Below are positions 38,080 to 51,859 of a stretch of DNA of 64,000 bases, piece after piece. Every line of letters starts with the position of its first letter. Positions within the stretch are counted from its first letter, which is position 1. The DNA is taken from assembly GCF_006345805.1 (NCBI RefSeq), contig NC_043000.1, positions 12,276,001 through 12,340,000 of the forward strand. Direction: 5' to 3'. The position numbers and the translations under genes were made by a program. Below the pieces are notes generated by a model. The model was not told the DNA's origin. It was given only the letters and a program-made list of their open reading frames with translations, and did no database searches. This DNA comes from Octopus sinensis. Taxonomy: Eukaryota.

Positions 38080-38169
38080 AATTCCCATTCTCAGAAACCT
38101 CAGAAGATTCTGGTCATGAACCCTTAGCAGTGCCACCACTAACTACTGCTGCAGCAGCAGCAGGACCAT
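38080..38169 (+). CDS. MTA1: MTA-family gene: 90-nt phase 1-1 exon in the BAH insertion (probable cassette)
   Basis: Long pyrimidine tract + CAG acceptor, GTAAGC donor, open frame FPFSETSEDSGHEPLAVPPLTTAAAAAGP, in phase with the next exon; no sequence homology recognised. Confidence 0.7.
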
Positions 38170-40825
38170 GTAAGCTTTACATTGAAACTTCTAAACATGA
38201 GGCAGTTGGCAGTATTTATGGACATATTTCAATGCTTTTTAGTCTTGGCCATTGCAAATTGTTTTTGGGACTAGTTAATTTTTTCCAGATTTTAGATTTC
38301 TATTTTGATCTCTTGATGAATTGTATTTTTCCATTTACGCTTCAATGAATTGGTCTGCAGACTTGTTTCATTCCACTCACAGATTGTCATTTCTTTGTGC
38401 AGTCCCAAGTCATTTAATATTGCTCTTAATCACCTAATTATATAATTAATCAATACCTCACCTATCAGTATTACATATCCATATTCGTGTGTAAGCCACA
38501 ATTATCTTACATGTCTACATATTACATATCCTATGAAGCACTCCTTTTTGTTTTTTTTTAAGATCATGTATTTCATCAGATGAAAAAACAAAAAAAAAAT
38601 ACAGTGATTGATTTTTACCAGTTTGATTTGAGATAGTTTGTTTCACAATTTGTTTCATATTAGATTTCATGCTATTTTAGTTTATGCTGTGGTAGCCTAT
38701 TTTTAATTTCAACCCTAACTTTTTTTTTTTTTTGTAGTATAAATTTTGTATTTGGTTCTGCTAGGAATTGGAAGTGTTTGCTTCCCTATATAACTCTTTA
38801 CATGGTTAATGAATTATTTTCTGTTTTCCATATAGGGTAGTTTGAAAATAAATTTAGTATTTACCTCTTGGAAAGACTAGCTACAATGAGGTGATCAATA
38901 AACCCAGTGTTTTGTTTCAAATGAATACTTACATAATGTCTTGGATATATTTACATGTATACTATGTTTTAAATTGATCTATGATCATCACTGTCTTCCT
39001 TTCCTGGATATACACTCAGTTTGTCACTTAGAGCTATGTATGTATGTAAGAATAAAACACCTGCTGATGAGAAATTAAATTGATCAAAACATAGTAAAAA
39101 TGTAAATATTAAGAAAAGAAAAGATTCTATCCCTGAAGATGAAGTCTAGTAATGTGAAAAACAATTGTATTAGCAATGACTTAGAGATTTAGTCTTCAAT
39201 TCAATTTGTCAGATTAGATGACTTAACATTTTGTCACCTTTATCTTTTAATTGCAAGTTTTAATTTATTTCAAGTATATTGTAAATAAAGAAAACAGATC
39301 AGCTATGGAAATTATATTTCCAGCAATAACTTTGGGTAATAACACTCTTTTGTTTAGAAAATTTTCAGATTTAGACATAGGTAGAAAATAGCCCCAAAAC
39401 TTTAAATTAATTTAAAATGCAAAATAGAATCATCCCCACCCTTGCAACTGGAGCATTAATATTAGGAAAAAGTGTCATCTTGAACAGTAAGGAGATACTT
39501 GTGCCAAAGAGTTTACTCATTTTATTGTGCCTCAAAACTGATCATAAATTGATTGATTGTAGTTTTATGATTATATTGTAATGTTTTAAGATATCAACTA
39601 TATTATGAAATAATGTCTGAACAAAAATATGCAAATGCTCATAAAGGAATTCACAGATACCTCAGTAAATATAAACCTTCAAAGGCTCAAATGTCTTAAT
39701 TTTTATTATAGTATCTTTAGTACAGAATACAGTCAAGTGCTAACCACCAGATTTACTCCTATTACCATTTTCTTAATCTTTTATTGATAATGACCATCTG
39801 TTTGGATTATATTGGAGGGGCATTTATATAACGTATCTTTAATCATTACATAATAGATATTCAGTGGAAGAAGTCATATAAAGTTTCTATATAAAATGAC
39901 TGGCTGAGTCACTCATCCTGTTCTGTTTATATCTAATTTGGTTTTGTTATTGTCTCCTTTAAATACTTGAATCCTAGTTGATTGGACTAAACAAATATTT
40001 TATACTCTGATTTAGTATTTTCTCCTTGATAACTCACACCCCACTTAAACTGCCAATGGGTAGTGTTGTAACAAGAGCATTGTAAAATTGATGTTTTATG
40101 TTCTGCTCATTTTTTATTATGGTTGTAGCTTGAGACAGACTCAGCCATGAAGAAAAAAAGCCAACAGTACTTCACTAATATTTTTTTTTTTGTTCATCCA
40201 TTCCAGATTTGCTAATTCAAAATAGGATATCATAATTGAATATCACAAAATTTAAACTTCGCAATAAATATTGGTTCAATTAATATTTGAGCTAATCAAT
40301 ATTCATTAGGATTGTCCTCAATTGTAACTGACTATCTATATCATCAAAATTGTCCTTTATGTTTGTACTTATGTGCTAAAAATATGCACTAAAGATATTG
40401 TCAATAACAATTCTGGATGAATCTGGTCAGTAATAGTTAATCTATTGTTCATTACAATAAATTACCCATAAAATTAGGTTTTATAAACTGTAAAACGATG
40501 TAATTAGAGCTAAGTGGTTGGCTTTGTTATTCCTTCATAGTCAATAAAATAAGTGTAGAAACTGAAAGGTAAACTACATGTGGTGTGTTTGATTTTCAGG
40601 GCATCACTAGATTTATCACTGGATGTTCAACAACATTTGTTGAACAATTGTATTGCCTTTATGTTCATGTTAATTTATTCTACATCTATTTGTATTAAAT
40701 TGCTTCCCCACTTTTGCTGGTATGATTTCAAGTTTTCATGGTAATTACTGAAAATATCTATCTAGAGTTGATGTTTTTATGTATTATCTCAGACTAATCT
40801 GAGTGTTTAATTTTGTATATTGCAG

Positions 40826-41016
40826 TTCCTTCTCTGGAAGAAGATTCCGAAGAGATCAATGATGACATCACAGAGAAACAACGCCATCAATTGAAGCACA
40901 GAGAACTCTTCTTGTCAAGACAAGTCGAGACTTTACCAGCAACACATATTCGAGGAAAATGTGTTGTCACACTTTTAAATGAAACAGAATCATTATTATC
41001 ATATTTGAACAAAGAG
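40826..41016 (+). CDS. MTA1: MTA1/2/3-like exon (BAH domain C-terminal half)
   Basis: [47 protein letters not shown]; TGCAG acceptor, GTATGT donor; 191 nt, phase 1-0. Confidence 0.97.
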
Positions 41017-44000
41017 GTATGTTCCTTTCTTCTAAACAAAAATTCTACAGTCCTTGTAGGGAGACATTACATCTACAATGTTTGAGTGAACTTTGTCCTA
41101 CCATCTCTTTTTCTCTCACCATTTTCCTTTTTGCTCACTGGAGTGGCCATGCATCTCCTCTACAGGAATATGGTTATTGGAATTTTAGACAAAATGAAGA
41201 CTTAATGAATATTAAGCAAATTTGGTTTGGTTAGAATTGATACAAATAAATGTAGTTTAGTTATCTAAAAAAAAGTTAGTACTTTGGTATGGCTCGAAAT
41301 TCTAACTCCATGTCGGTGGTGTTTATGCTCCTGGTCAGCTCTGATTGTGCAGGTCTATAAACATTAGTTCTAGACAACTATGTTTTTTTTTTTTTTTTTC
41401 TTAGCATATCTCCTTTTCTTGATACAGTTGGGTGTAATTTAAGGGTGCCTTTGCTACTATTCCTAACAGATTGAGAGATTATATGTTGACACTGTGTTCT
41501 TTAATTTTAAGTTAGCCCTGATTAACATAGGTTTCTCTTTGGCTCAGTTGGTTCAACTCCTCATTCTTTTATGGTCCCATCCATTGCATAGTTTTAGGAA
41601 TGTTTGGAGATATCCTCCCCAAAATAGTGGTTCCAGCAATTTTGTCCATAACAAACATTTTATGTTTTTATAGACTTGTTGTCACCTGTGACACAAATCT
41701 GTACGGACATAGAATGGTTGTTTAGGGCTGCTACAAATGTAAGCTTTAACAGAATTGATTTTATCAATTTTTGATGGTCCTTGTAGTTTCATCAATAGAT
41801 ATTACCTTGTGTAGTTGCTTCTAAATCACTTCTGAAATTTCATACACATAAGCAAACTTGATGTCTTTAATAATATGACAAAATAAAATGGAGTCTATTC
41901 TCAACACTATATAATAATGTGGTATTAATTCAGTCTTTCAGCTGAGTATTAGGATAAATTTGCATTTACAAAATATCTTTAATTTTTTTTTTCAAAACTA
42001 AGAATATTGTACAAGTAATTTGTGTACTTATCTACATTCAGTGTTTTGTGTTTGCTTTATTTATTGTCCCTACACTAAATGACCAATGATAGTTAAATTA
42101 GAAATATCTAAAACATGTTATGGGTAAACACTTCCTAGTTTTATCAGTTACTGTATAATTGCAGCAATAAACACAGTTAAATGCAGGTTAAGAAGCTATG
42201 AAAATAATTTTGCTTGTTTAATATAGTTGGAAATTATAGCAAAAATGTCATGCAAGCCAAAAATTGTGAAATAAGAAAACAAGCAGTATAAAATATAAGC
42301 TCATAAGTAATAAGGAATCAAAATCTTAATTGTTAAATAAATCTAAAGGTTTTCTTCCTGTAAATATTCTGAAAATTTGTCCTGATGTGTGGCTGAAAAC
42401 TGTACATAGTACAGTTGTTGTTATGGTTGTTCTTATTTGGACAACAAGCTGGCAGAATTGTTAGCATACTGGACAAAATGCTTAGTTGGTTTCTGAGTTC
42501 ATATTCCACCAAGGTCAACTTTGCATTTCATGCTTTCAGAATTGATAAAATAAGTACTAGTCAAGCATTGGGGTGGAGCTAATTAAGTACCCTGTTCTCC
42601 CAAAATTTCAAGCCTTGTATTTATAGTACAAAGGGTTATTATTGTTGTTGACTATTAACTCTAAGAGATGAAAAATATTTTAATATTTGTGTCTATTTTT
42701 GAATTAATTTGATTCCCAATTCTCATGTGTCTTATTCCTGAATATGTACTTAACACCAGTCTGGTTTCAAACTAACCTTTATATATACACACACACATGT
42801 GCATGTGCCAAGAGTAATACTTTCATCAATTTAGCTTTTCAGTAGGCTCTGTATGTACATATGACATCTTCGGCATTTGCATGCAGAAGATATTGTAAAG
42901 GAGAAGCTAGCCTCTGGATAGGATATTAAGTCAGGGAGTGGCTGAATATATATGGTGTGAAAAAGGAAATTATATTTCATTTGAGAATGAAAACTTAATA
43001 ATTGATAGAGAAATACGGTGGAAACTTTAAAAAGAATCCAGAAAATCAAAGCAGCACTAGATAAAGAGCTTATTGAAAGCCCATTCAGTAAGGCTAGCAT
43101 GGATAACAAATATCTCACAGATTTCTGTCTCTGACGTGATTGGAGAAACTAGTTGTGGATTGGGTATTAACTCCAGGAGCTGTCTGTGGTGATTACATAT
43201 GGAAACATTAAAAGCATTGTTTTCTGAATTGGTTTCAGAAAATAGGGACTTTTACATGACATTTTGAAACTTCAAAATAATTTTATTTTAAAAGCTTTAG
43301 CTTTCTTTTTTTCTTTTTTTACTTATAAAAAAAAGCTGAAAATTTATTATTTTAGATTTGTAAGGAAGGAATAAAGTTAGACTGGAGAGATTCTTATGTT
43401 GCTTGTAAGGTCATAATATGGGGCATGTAGACAAAGATAGGGGGTGGGTTCATAGTGCATACATATGTAAGATATCATTCATTAATGCTTGAGACTATCC
43501 AAGTTTGCCTGCCATTTTCATAACATGAATTAGGTATTGTCAGAATTTTATTTTCTCTAAATATTTGTTCGTTAGTTCTATTAAATTGTATCTTTTTAAA
43601 AACTTACATGAAGTTATATAAACTTCAGATTTAGTAATAACAACCCTGAATTGGAATGATTTTTGTTAGCAGCAAATAATAAAAATGCATCAAATGTAAT
43701 GCATATGCATTTTATGTCGTTTCAACCCTTTGTGTATAAACATGATTTCTAGTGAGTGAATTGTGTGAAAACTTTGATTATATTTCTCTTTCATAACTTT
43801 TAGAAGACCTCACACCCATTTCCTCCTCATCATGTCTCAAAATTCATTGGCTGTTTCTTTTATTTCAACTCAAGTGTTCCATATAATGACCTGAGACTAA
43901 TCACTATGCAAAATGCAAACAAAGGAAAAAGGACAAACTAGATGAAATTAGCTCATTTTGCCATCCATATAATGAGTGAAGCTACATTATAATGTTGACT

Positions 44001-44535
44001 GATAACTCATTTTATATGGTGATATTTAAACAAAAAACTTTAGATTTCAAAGTTCACTTGAAATTAGTTTTGTAACAAAAATGCTCCCGTAAATTTAGAC
44101 TCTTAAGTTGCTTAAAATATCACTTTAATATAATAAATATAGCATAAGAAATAGTTTTATATAACCAGTTTAAATTTATGATTATTTCAAAAAGTAATTG
44201 AAACATTTTAATATAGTGACAAAATAGTTAATAACTTAATAAAAAAAATTGTTCATTGTATCATCTTCTCGCTTCACACTGATTTTCTTTCAATGATTTA
44301 TGATAATCTCAAATTAGGAAACCTATAATTCACATATTGATCTGAATTTGAAGAATATTCAGTCTTGAAAAAGGGAAGAAAAATAGTTTGCAACAAAAAA
44401 GAAAGATTAAACCTGATCTCATCATTAGTTTATCTTTTTTCTATATTAATTAATCTTTTGCATATCTTTTCAAATTGAAATATTGGAATAGTAAGACAAA
44501 AATCTGTCTTAAAATTGAAAAAAAAAAAAGGTAAA

Positions 44536-44606
44536 TGCTATGATGGTGTATTTTTCGTCATCAGCTAATGTACTTTTGTACTTGTTGATAATTGCATACC
44601 TGAGCA
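44536..44606 (+). ncRNA. SNORD56: Box C/D snoRNA, U56-like copy 2 (subfamily A)
   Basis: C ATGATGG, guide tatttttcgtca, D' CAGC, C' ttgataa, D CTGA; external stem aaggtaaatgct/agcattttacctt. Confidence 0.88.
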
Positions 44607-46263
44607 TTTTACCTTCCTTATTTCTTTGAAAAGTTTTTCTGTTAATGAAAAGTACTCCATAAATAATATTATTGACTTGAACATTACAATATATTAGATC
44701 TATTATAACCTAGTGAAAACAATTTTTTTTTTTCTTACTTGCTGCATATTATCTTCAAAATTTTTTTAATTAGCAAAGGAGTATAAACAAATAGATAACT
44801 ATGTTCAGTATTTGCAAAGAAATGTTCTAAGACTGAATAATAAACACATATATGTTAGGTGCTCAGAAGTAAATGTGTAACTTAATGCTTTCATTAACCA
44901 ACCTACTCATGATCACCCTTTTTCATATTTTTTTAATTTTTACCTGTATATATTAAAATCGAAATATTGTAACAAGCACAACTATGTCGTGGACATAACA
45001 GTTGTGTTTTAATTTCCTTTAGAAAAAGTGAGGAATTGAATCCTTAATTAACTAATAATAAAGGACCAATTTTTCAGTAAACCAGGATGTTCCTCAGTAC
45101 CTGCCTGTTTCCATTTTTTGTTAAAAGCCATTTAGTTTATGAAGAAACATTTTTATTTCTAATACTTCTTCCTCTTTTCCTCAAATTTATCTAAATGTCA
45201 GGATCATTGTTTTGAACTAATTAGAAAATCACCTCATTTGGTCAGTTTTGTAGAGTTCATGTGCACAACAACTTTAAAATTAGTGATTGGTTTCATTGTA
45301 GCTGGAAAAGTTGAGTTACATTAGAGAATGCAAGGATACGCACTAGTGTGTCTGGAAGAGATAATACAGCTTCTGGGGGTCTTGTAATGCAAATGATCTA
45401 GCCATCTATAAAGTTCCTGGAAACTATCCACCCAACAAGTTGCATAATGAATATATGGGTATGAGAGCCAAATCAACTTTATTCTTACTGGGAAAAGAAA
45501 CAAGCTGTTGGTTGTAAATACCATTTGACATTCTTTGAAAGAGAAGGTGACCAATAAGTTGTGGTTGAAATCAGAGAAGAATTGGAAATAACAGATTAGC
45601 TTCTTTAAAGTATACTTTCCCAATGGCACAAGCTAATGTTTATTTTTTAGGGATGAAGCCTATGACATACATGATTGATAGCTAGCAGCTATCTACTTGT
45701 TAGAGCAGAGGAGGAAAAACAGTATCTATGGCTTTTTTGCAGGGGCTTGAGAGAAGTCAGATTTTAATATCATCAGAATGGAGATCTGGTTCAAATAACT
45801 ATTTGCACCAGATTAGTGTCTGTCATAGAGGTACCCAAAGGCCAAGTGTTGATTTTAAACTGACCAACACAAGAACTGATTTAGTCCATTGTCTGATCTT
45901 TACTACAGTTTCTGTCGATTCAATTTTACTCTGGAGACTATGGTAGAAGTTAGTTGTCCAGAGTGTCGGAGTGTTGTCTTTGTTAAACAAGAAGTCAGGA
46001 CTAATTAGTAGGTAGAGCAAATAGATGTATTTTATGATCTGTACTTTGAAAAGCAGCATATGTTTTGGAATATGGTGTGTTATATTAAGATATCATTGAG
46101 GTGGCTTATGCCTGAAATGACATTGTCATTTTTTAAAAATTCATATTTCCATGTTGTTATGGAAGTTTATGGTGACTATTTATTAAAGGAGCCGTTAAAT
46201 GAATACTTGTACATCATGAGTGATATCAGTTAAAATACCAATGAATTCTTTCCATTTGGTAAA

Positions 46264-46345
46264 TGCCGTGATGTTGTATTATTTTTCGTCATCAGCACTT
46301 AGACCATTTAGTTTTGGTATCTGTTGACAATTTAAAATCTGAGCA
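46264..46345 (+). ncRNA. SNORD56: Box C/D snoRNA, U56-like copy 3 (subfamily A)
   Basis: C GTGATGT, guide ttatttttcgtca, D' CAGC, C' ttgacaa, D CTGA; terminal stem ggtaaatgc/gcattttacc. Confidence 0.85.
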
Positions 46346-47271
46346 TTTTACCTGTTTTAATCCCCTTAAGTTTGAATTTTTTTTCCAGTCCTATCTTAAA
46401 CTAAGCCTGTAGGTATTTCATTTCCACACACTTGTACCATCACACTATACTATGTATCACCCTAGTTTACAATCAGTATGCTCTGGGATTCCTACCTCTT
46501 CAGCATAGCTAGTCATTGCTAGGTTTACTTTGGGGCCTCTCAATTCTAAGTTTTGCTTCCAAGCTTGAAATTTTTTCTCTAAATCTTTGATTCAACTATG
46601 AAAACCAAGCCATTGACATACAGAAGTTCCTGTGAACAACCATTTAGTTTTCAGATTACTTTGTAAAACGTTATGCCTATATACTCACATTGCTTTGAAT
46701 TAATCGTGCATTATTTCATAGCTTCCAGATTTTGATGAGGTGATTATTCTTAGAATGACATTGCAGGATAGACGTTAAAGGCCAGTTCTAGCTAGTTTGA
46801 ACATAAACTGGGTAGAATATTTTGACTGGTTCTGGCTAATTTAAATGCTAAAGAGTTAAATTATTCTTATGGCCTGAATGACTGTAATATAAAGAGGACT
46901 ATGAACCAATCCCTATTGTACTCCACCCTGCCTATTATATTCCTTGCTGAACTCATTAACTCACCTAACTGACAATATTGCATACATGTTTTGTATAAGC
47001 CATTCATCTATTCCTTGTTTTCTAAATGACTGCTAGACTGCATACTGGGAGATTTTGTTAATGACTTTCTAAGTTTAGAAAGACTAGGAAGAGGGCATTG
47101 GTGATACCTTCTGGTATAAATCTGTCATATTTTTTAATATCTGTTGATTGCAACAATGTTTATAGAAGATATTTTATGCTTATGTACTTCTTACTGATGT
47201 AACAAAATTTAGTAAAGTTTGTTTATAAAACCAAAGTTCTTTCACTGAGATGAATTATTTTCTCTTTTCAG

Positions 47272-47389
47272 GATACATTTTTTTATTCATTAGTATATGA
47301 TCCACAACAGAAAACATTGTTGGCAGACAAAGGTGAAATTCGAGTTGGTTCAAAATATCAAGCAGAAATTACTCCTTTACTTAAAGAAG
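47272..47389 (+). CDS. MTA1: MTA-like exon (BAH end / ELM2 start)
   Basis: [39 protein letters not shown](G); AG/GT; 118 nt, phase 0-1. Confidence 0.97.
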
Positions 47390-48315
47390 GTAATATTTTG
47401 TTTAGTGTTGGCATTACTACACTTGCTGTTTCTTGTATATGTCTTAACTTCTTCCATTATTGATAATTATATGCATGTTCTTCAGAGAAACAACTTAGAA
47501 TTAAATATAGAGACAGTTTGTTTCACTAATGATTGGGAAGAAGTTGAGGCAAGATGTTGGTCAGAACTCTATGAATATGTTATTCTAGTTTAGAAATTTA
47601 TGTATACAGTTACAGTGTCATTATGAAGTTGTTAGATGGTGTGCAAAGAAAGATATTCAATACAAAAACTTGTAATATACATCCCAATATCCATTTGGTA
47701 GTCATAGTAATCAGGAGTGATATAGAAACTGTAGTAAGTGGTGAGATTAAAAATATATGGATATCAAGTGTTCTGTCTAAATACCTGGACATTGCACACA
47801 CATATATTACCTGGGCATTGCTTTGTACCCATGTTAGTTTACTTACAATACCATTCTGTATCTACTGACCCAGTTTCCATTTTCTGTTTCCTGTGACTTA
47901 TTATTACAGCTTTCATAAATATTTTCATCAAATAGTTAGTCAGGTCATCTTAAACTAAGCCTGTAGGTATTTCATTTCCACACACTCGTACCATACACGG
48001 AACAGTACATAGATGTAATACCTAAGAAGAATTAACTACCTGTATGTTTCTATTAATTATAAAAATTAGGGTTTGGAAGGAAAGATTCTTTTAAACTTGA
48101 ATTTGATCTCTCCAATTTTCTAGAATCTAGACTACCATGATTTGAACTAATTTCTTGATTTTTATCTGCTAATGAAATATCAATTTGGGTGGACCAGAAA
48201 TAGCTGAAGATAAAGAGTTTATGGTGACTATTTATTAAAGGAGCCGTTAAATGAATACTTGTACATCATGAGTGATATCAGTTAAAATACCAGTGAATTC
48301 TTTCCATTTGGTAAA

Positions 48316-48394
48316 TGCCGTGATGTATTATTTTTCGTCATCAGCACTTAGACCATTTAGTTTTGGTATCTGTTGACAATTTAAAATCTGAGCA
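48316..48394 (+). ncRNA. SNORD56: Box C/D snoRNA, U56-like copy 4 (subfamily A)
   Basis: As copy 3 with a 3-nt deletion after box C. Confidence 0.85.
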
Positions 48395-48842
48395 TTTTAC
48401 CTATTTTGATCCCCTTTGAATTTTTTTCCCAGTCCTATTTGTTGGGTCTGTCCTAGTGTATTTAAATAATTGGTCAGTTAATAATATTTATTACATACTT
48501 TCATTTTTCAGCTAGCCTCTTTCTCTTATGATAAATATGTAATTAGTTAATGTAGTTTCTCTTTCTCTATTAGTTTTGTTCATATAGTTTTCATTGACAT
48601 TCAGAGACAAAATTATATTGTGTTTGTCAGGAGTGTGCTGTAAAGATTAATGTCGGTATGTAATATGAGAATTGCACACAGGTACTTACAAGAAAAATGG
48701 TAGTTGGTGATGATATGGGAAATGAGAATAATTTTAGCATAAGACGAAGGTGTCTGGTGTCATATTTTAGAGATTGTTTGTAGCAAATATTTGAAGTAAA
48801 ATTAACTTTTTTTTTCTTTTTTTTTTTTTTTTGTGTTTATAG

Positions 48843-48951
48843 GTGAAAAAGATGGAAGAAGCTTGGATGAACTTGAGCAGTTAATTTGGCTGCCTGGCCC
48901 TGATAACACCTTAACACCAAAAGAAATTGATCAGTTTTTGATATTAGCCAG
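48843..48951 (+). CDS. MTA1: MTA-like exon (ELM2)
   Basis: GEKDGRSLDELEQLIWLPGPDNTLTPKEIDQFLILAR; poly-T tract + TAG, GTTGGT donor; 109 nt, phase 1-2. Confidence 0.95.
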
Positions 48952-49548
48952 GTTGGTTTACAGAAATTTTGTTTATAATGAACTATTCTAAATTGTCCAA
49001 AGTGTTCTTGGTCTTTTCAGCCAGCCAAAAATGTTACTGTGTTCTAGGAAAAAAATTTTTTTCTTCACATTTCACATTTTATAGAAGATGAATTCAATCT
49101 GTTGAAATTTATTTTAAAAAAAAGTTTTATTCTCTTTCCACTTGTTTGTTATGAAAACACCAGGCCAGAGTTTTCTTGTATTTAAATCAAAATACTGAAT
49201 GAGACAGTGATATGATGTGGTTTCACTTGGTACACTGTCAGAAATTGCAACAATGTGAATTCCTTTTCCTCAAGGTTTCTTAGTTATTTTTTCCTTGTGT
49301 ATTTTTTATTTTTATAACACCCCCCCCCCTGACCCCAAAACTTAAAAAAAAATTATGCTAGTTTCAGATTTAGTAATAGTAATTCTGATTTTGAATGTTT
49401 TTATGGTTTTTTTCTTCTTTCTTTTGAATGTAACAACTAACAGAAATGCTATAAGCACTAATATGGAGTGGACTTTGAACTAGATGTTTCAATTTCTAAA
49501 TTGAAAAGCAATCTATAGTTTAAAAGTGAATTCTTTCCATTTGGTAAT

Positions 49549-49630
49549 TGCCATGATGTTGTATTATTTTTCGTCATCAGCACTTATGCCATTTAGTTTT
49601 GGTATCTGTTGACAATTTAAAATCTGAGCA
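49549..49630 (+). ncRNA. SNORD56: Box C/D snoRNA, U56-like copy 5 (subfamily A)
   Basis: C ATGATGT, same guide, D' CAGC, internal stem atgcca/tggtat, D CTGA. Confidence 0.87.
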
Positions 49631-50890
49631 TTTTACCTATTTTGATCCCCTTTGAATTTTTTTCCCAGTCCTATTTGTTGGGTCTGTCTTAGTGTATTTA
49701 AATAATTGGTCAGTTAATTAATATTTATTACATACTTAGACTAACACAGCAGCTTTTAACATGGCATGTTGGTTTGATATATATCAGATATCTAATGGAA
49801 TTTAGGTTTTTGATGTTTGAAAGTCTTTTTGTTGTCAAAGTGGGTTTTTTCTTCTGAAATATATGAATATATTTTAGTTTAATACTTCCAGACTAAACAT
49901 ACCTGTGGTTAACTCTTATCTAGAAGACGTGTGATGAAATTACTTTCTTTTATTTAGGCATAATGTATCCATGAATACATTATCCAATGTGTCCTTTTTT
50001 ATAAGACATTGAGGGGTTGCATGTGGAAGATGTGGCTACTAATTTGTAGATGGTCAATGACTACATAATAATACTTTCATTAGCTTGTCAGGCTATTTAT
50101 TATGTGATCTATGAGATGTTTTCACTTGATAACCTTGCTATTGCCTATTTTCGTTATTAAAGTTTTGAGTTGATAGCATGAATAACATAAAGCACAAAAA
50201 TAATTTTGAGTTTCAAATTACTTACTTCAATGGTTGAGACATTTAATACAATAGCTTCATCCACTTGACCCATAACCTAACTTTAGACAAGGACATTATA
50301 TATTCAGTTTGAACTGTTGCAGGTTAGGGATTGAGAAACAAGCAATGAATTGTTTGAAGATTTTTTTTGTCCTTCTTAACAAGTGTCTTCTATAGCCTCA
50401 GACTAACCAAGGCTTTGTCTGTGAAATTTAGTAAAGAGAACCTGTGTAGAAATTCAGCATATATGTTTGTTGTTTATGGCCTAAACAAAGTGCTTTGACA
50501 AATGGAGATTGATAAAATAACTACCAGAAGTACTGGGAACAATATGACTGATTAAACCTGAACATAACTGGGTAAAGTTAGAATAACAACAGAAATGATT
50601 TAGATCAATATAGTCGTTGTAGATTATTGGAGAGTAATGTGTGTTTATTGAGCATTCTATATTACAGAATGTGTATATGTATGATGGGTGGTTGTAAAGT
50701 CGTTTTCTCGTGTGTGAAAATAGTGATGTAGATACATATATAAATAATATACAGATTAAAAAGAAAAATACACAGAGCAGACATTGAATATTGGCTCCAC
50801 CTAGTGTTGATGAATCCACTCCTAGTTTATTATGATTTAGACAAGAATTTTTTTCACTTTGGTTCACAATATAAAACTCTTGTTTACCAG

Positions 50891-50990
50891 GTCTGTTGGT
50901 ACATTTGCTCGAGCTTTGGATTGTACCAGTACTGTGAGGCAGCCAAGTCTTCATATGAGTGCAGCAGCAGCTTCAAGAGATGTCACATTG
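50891..50990 (+). CDS. MTA1: MTA-like exon (ELM2)
   Basis: [33 protein letters not shown]; CAG/GTAAGT; 100 nt, phase 2-0. Confidence 0.98.
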
Positions 50991-51859
50991 GTAAGTACTG
51001 CATTACTCTTTCATCCTTACTCCAGTCGTATGTCCAATCAACAGTCATCATTATTATCATTTTAACAGCCATTTTCCCAAGCATGTATGGGTTAGGTGGA
51101 AGTTGTTGAAGCTGAATTTCTATGGCCAGATACCCTACCTGTTGCCAACTATCAAAGGTTTCCAAGTGAGGCAATATTTCTCCATAGACAGACATGTTTC
51201 CTTCCACAAAAGATTGGAAACAGACACTGCCTGTATGATGATATATTCTTTTACAACTATCATGTAATATCACAAGGAGAGGCTGATACACATGCACACA
51301 CATACACACATGAACTTTTAGTTTCTGTCTGTAGAAATGAACTTCTGTTAGTTGTGCACACTGAGGCAAAAATGTTTTGTTGTCTTTCCAGATGCACAGC
51401 TTCTTAATATCACAACTATTACCTTGTGTCTATTTTCCATCAAAGGATTTTGAGTAAAATACTTCAAGTGCATATTTCATTTCCAAATTTGTATTGATTT
51501 TGTTAAACATCAGAAGGTTAACTATCAGAACCTCTTGAATAAAACAAATGTCAAGGTACCGTCATAAATTTTATGGGGATTGTTATGTGAGGATATCTCC
51601 TGTAAAATATTAAATGTACTTACAAAATATTCTGAAAGATGATCAGAATTTAAATGTGTGTTACTGTAATGTAAATGTAATAAATCACATAATCCATATG
51701 TTTTACTTTAAAAAAAAAAATCATACCTGGGAATTAAAATATTTAAATATTACTTTTAAATAATTAAAGGACTTTTTTATGAAATAATAAGATGTGAAAC
51801 CTATAGATACTAAAGAAAGTGTGTAATCATTCTGGCCAAGTGTAGTACTTGCTTCAATT

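Noticed and set aside
39064-39100. CTGATGA...caaaac hammerhead-like motif
   Set aside because: GAAA is mutated, stem II is poor and there is no stem I pairing
42831-46059. Several 70-100 aa ORFs in the intron
   Set aside because: No recognisable motifs or splice-consistent structure; probably decayed TE or chance
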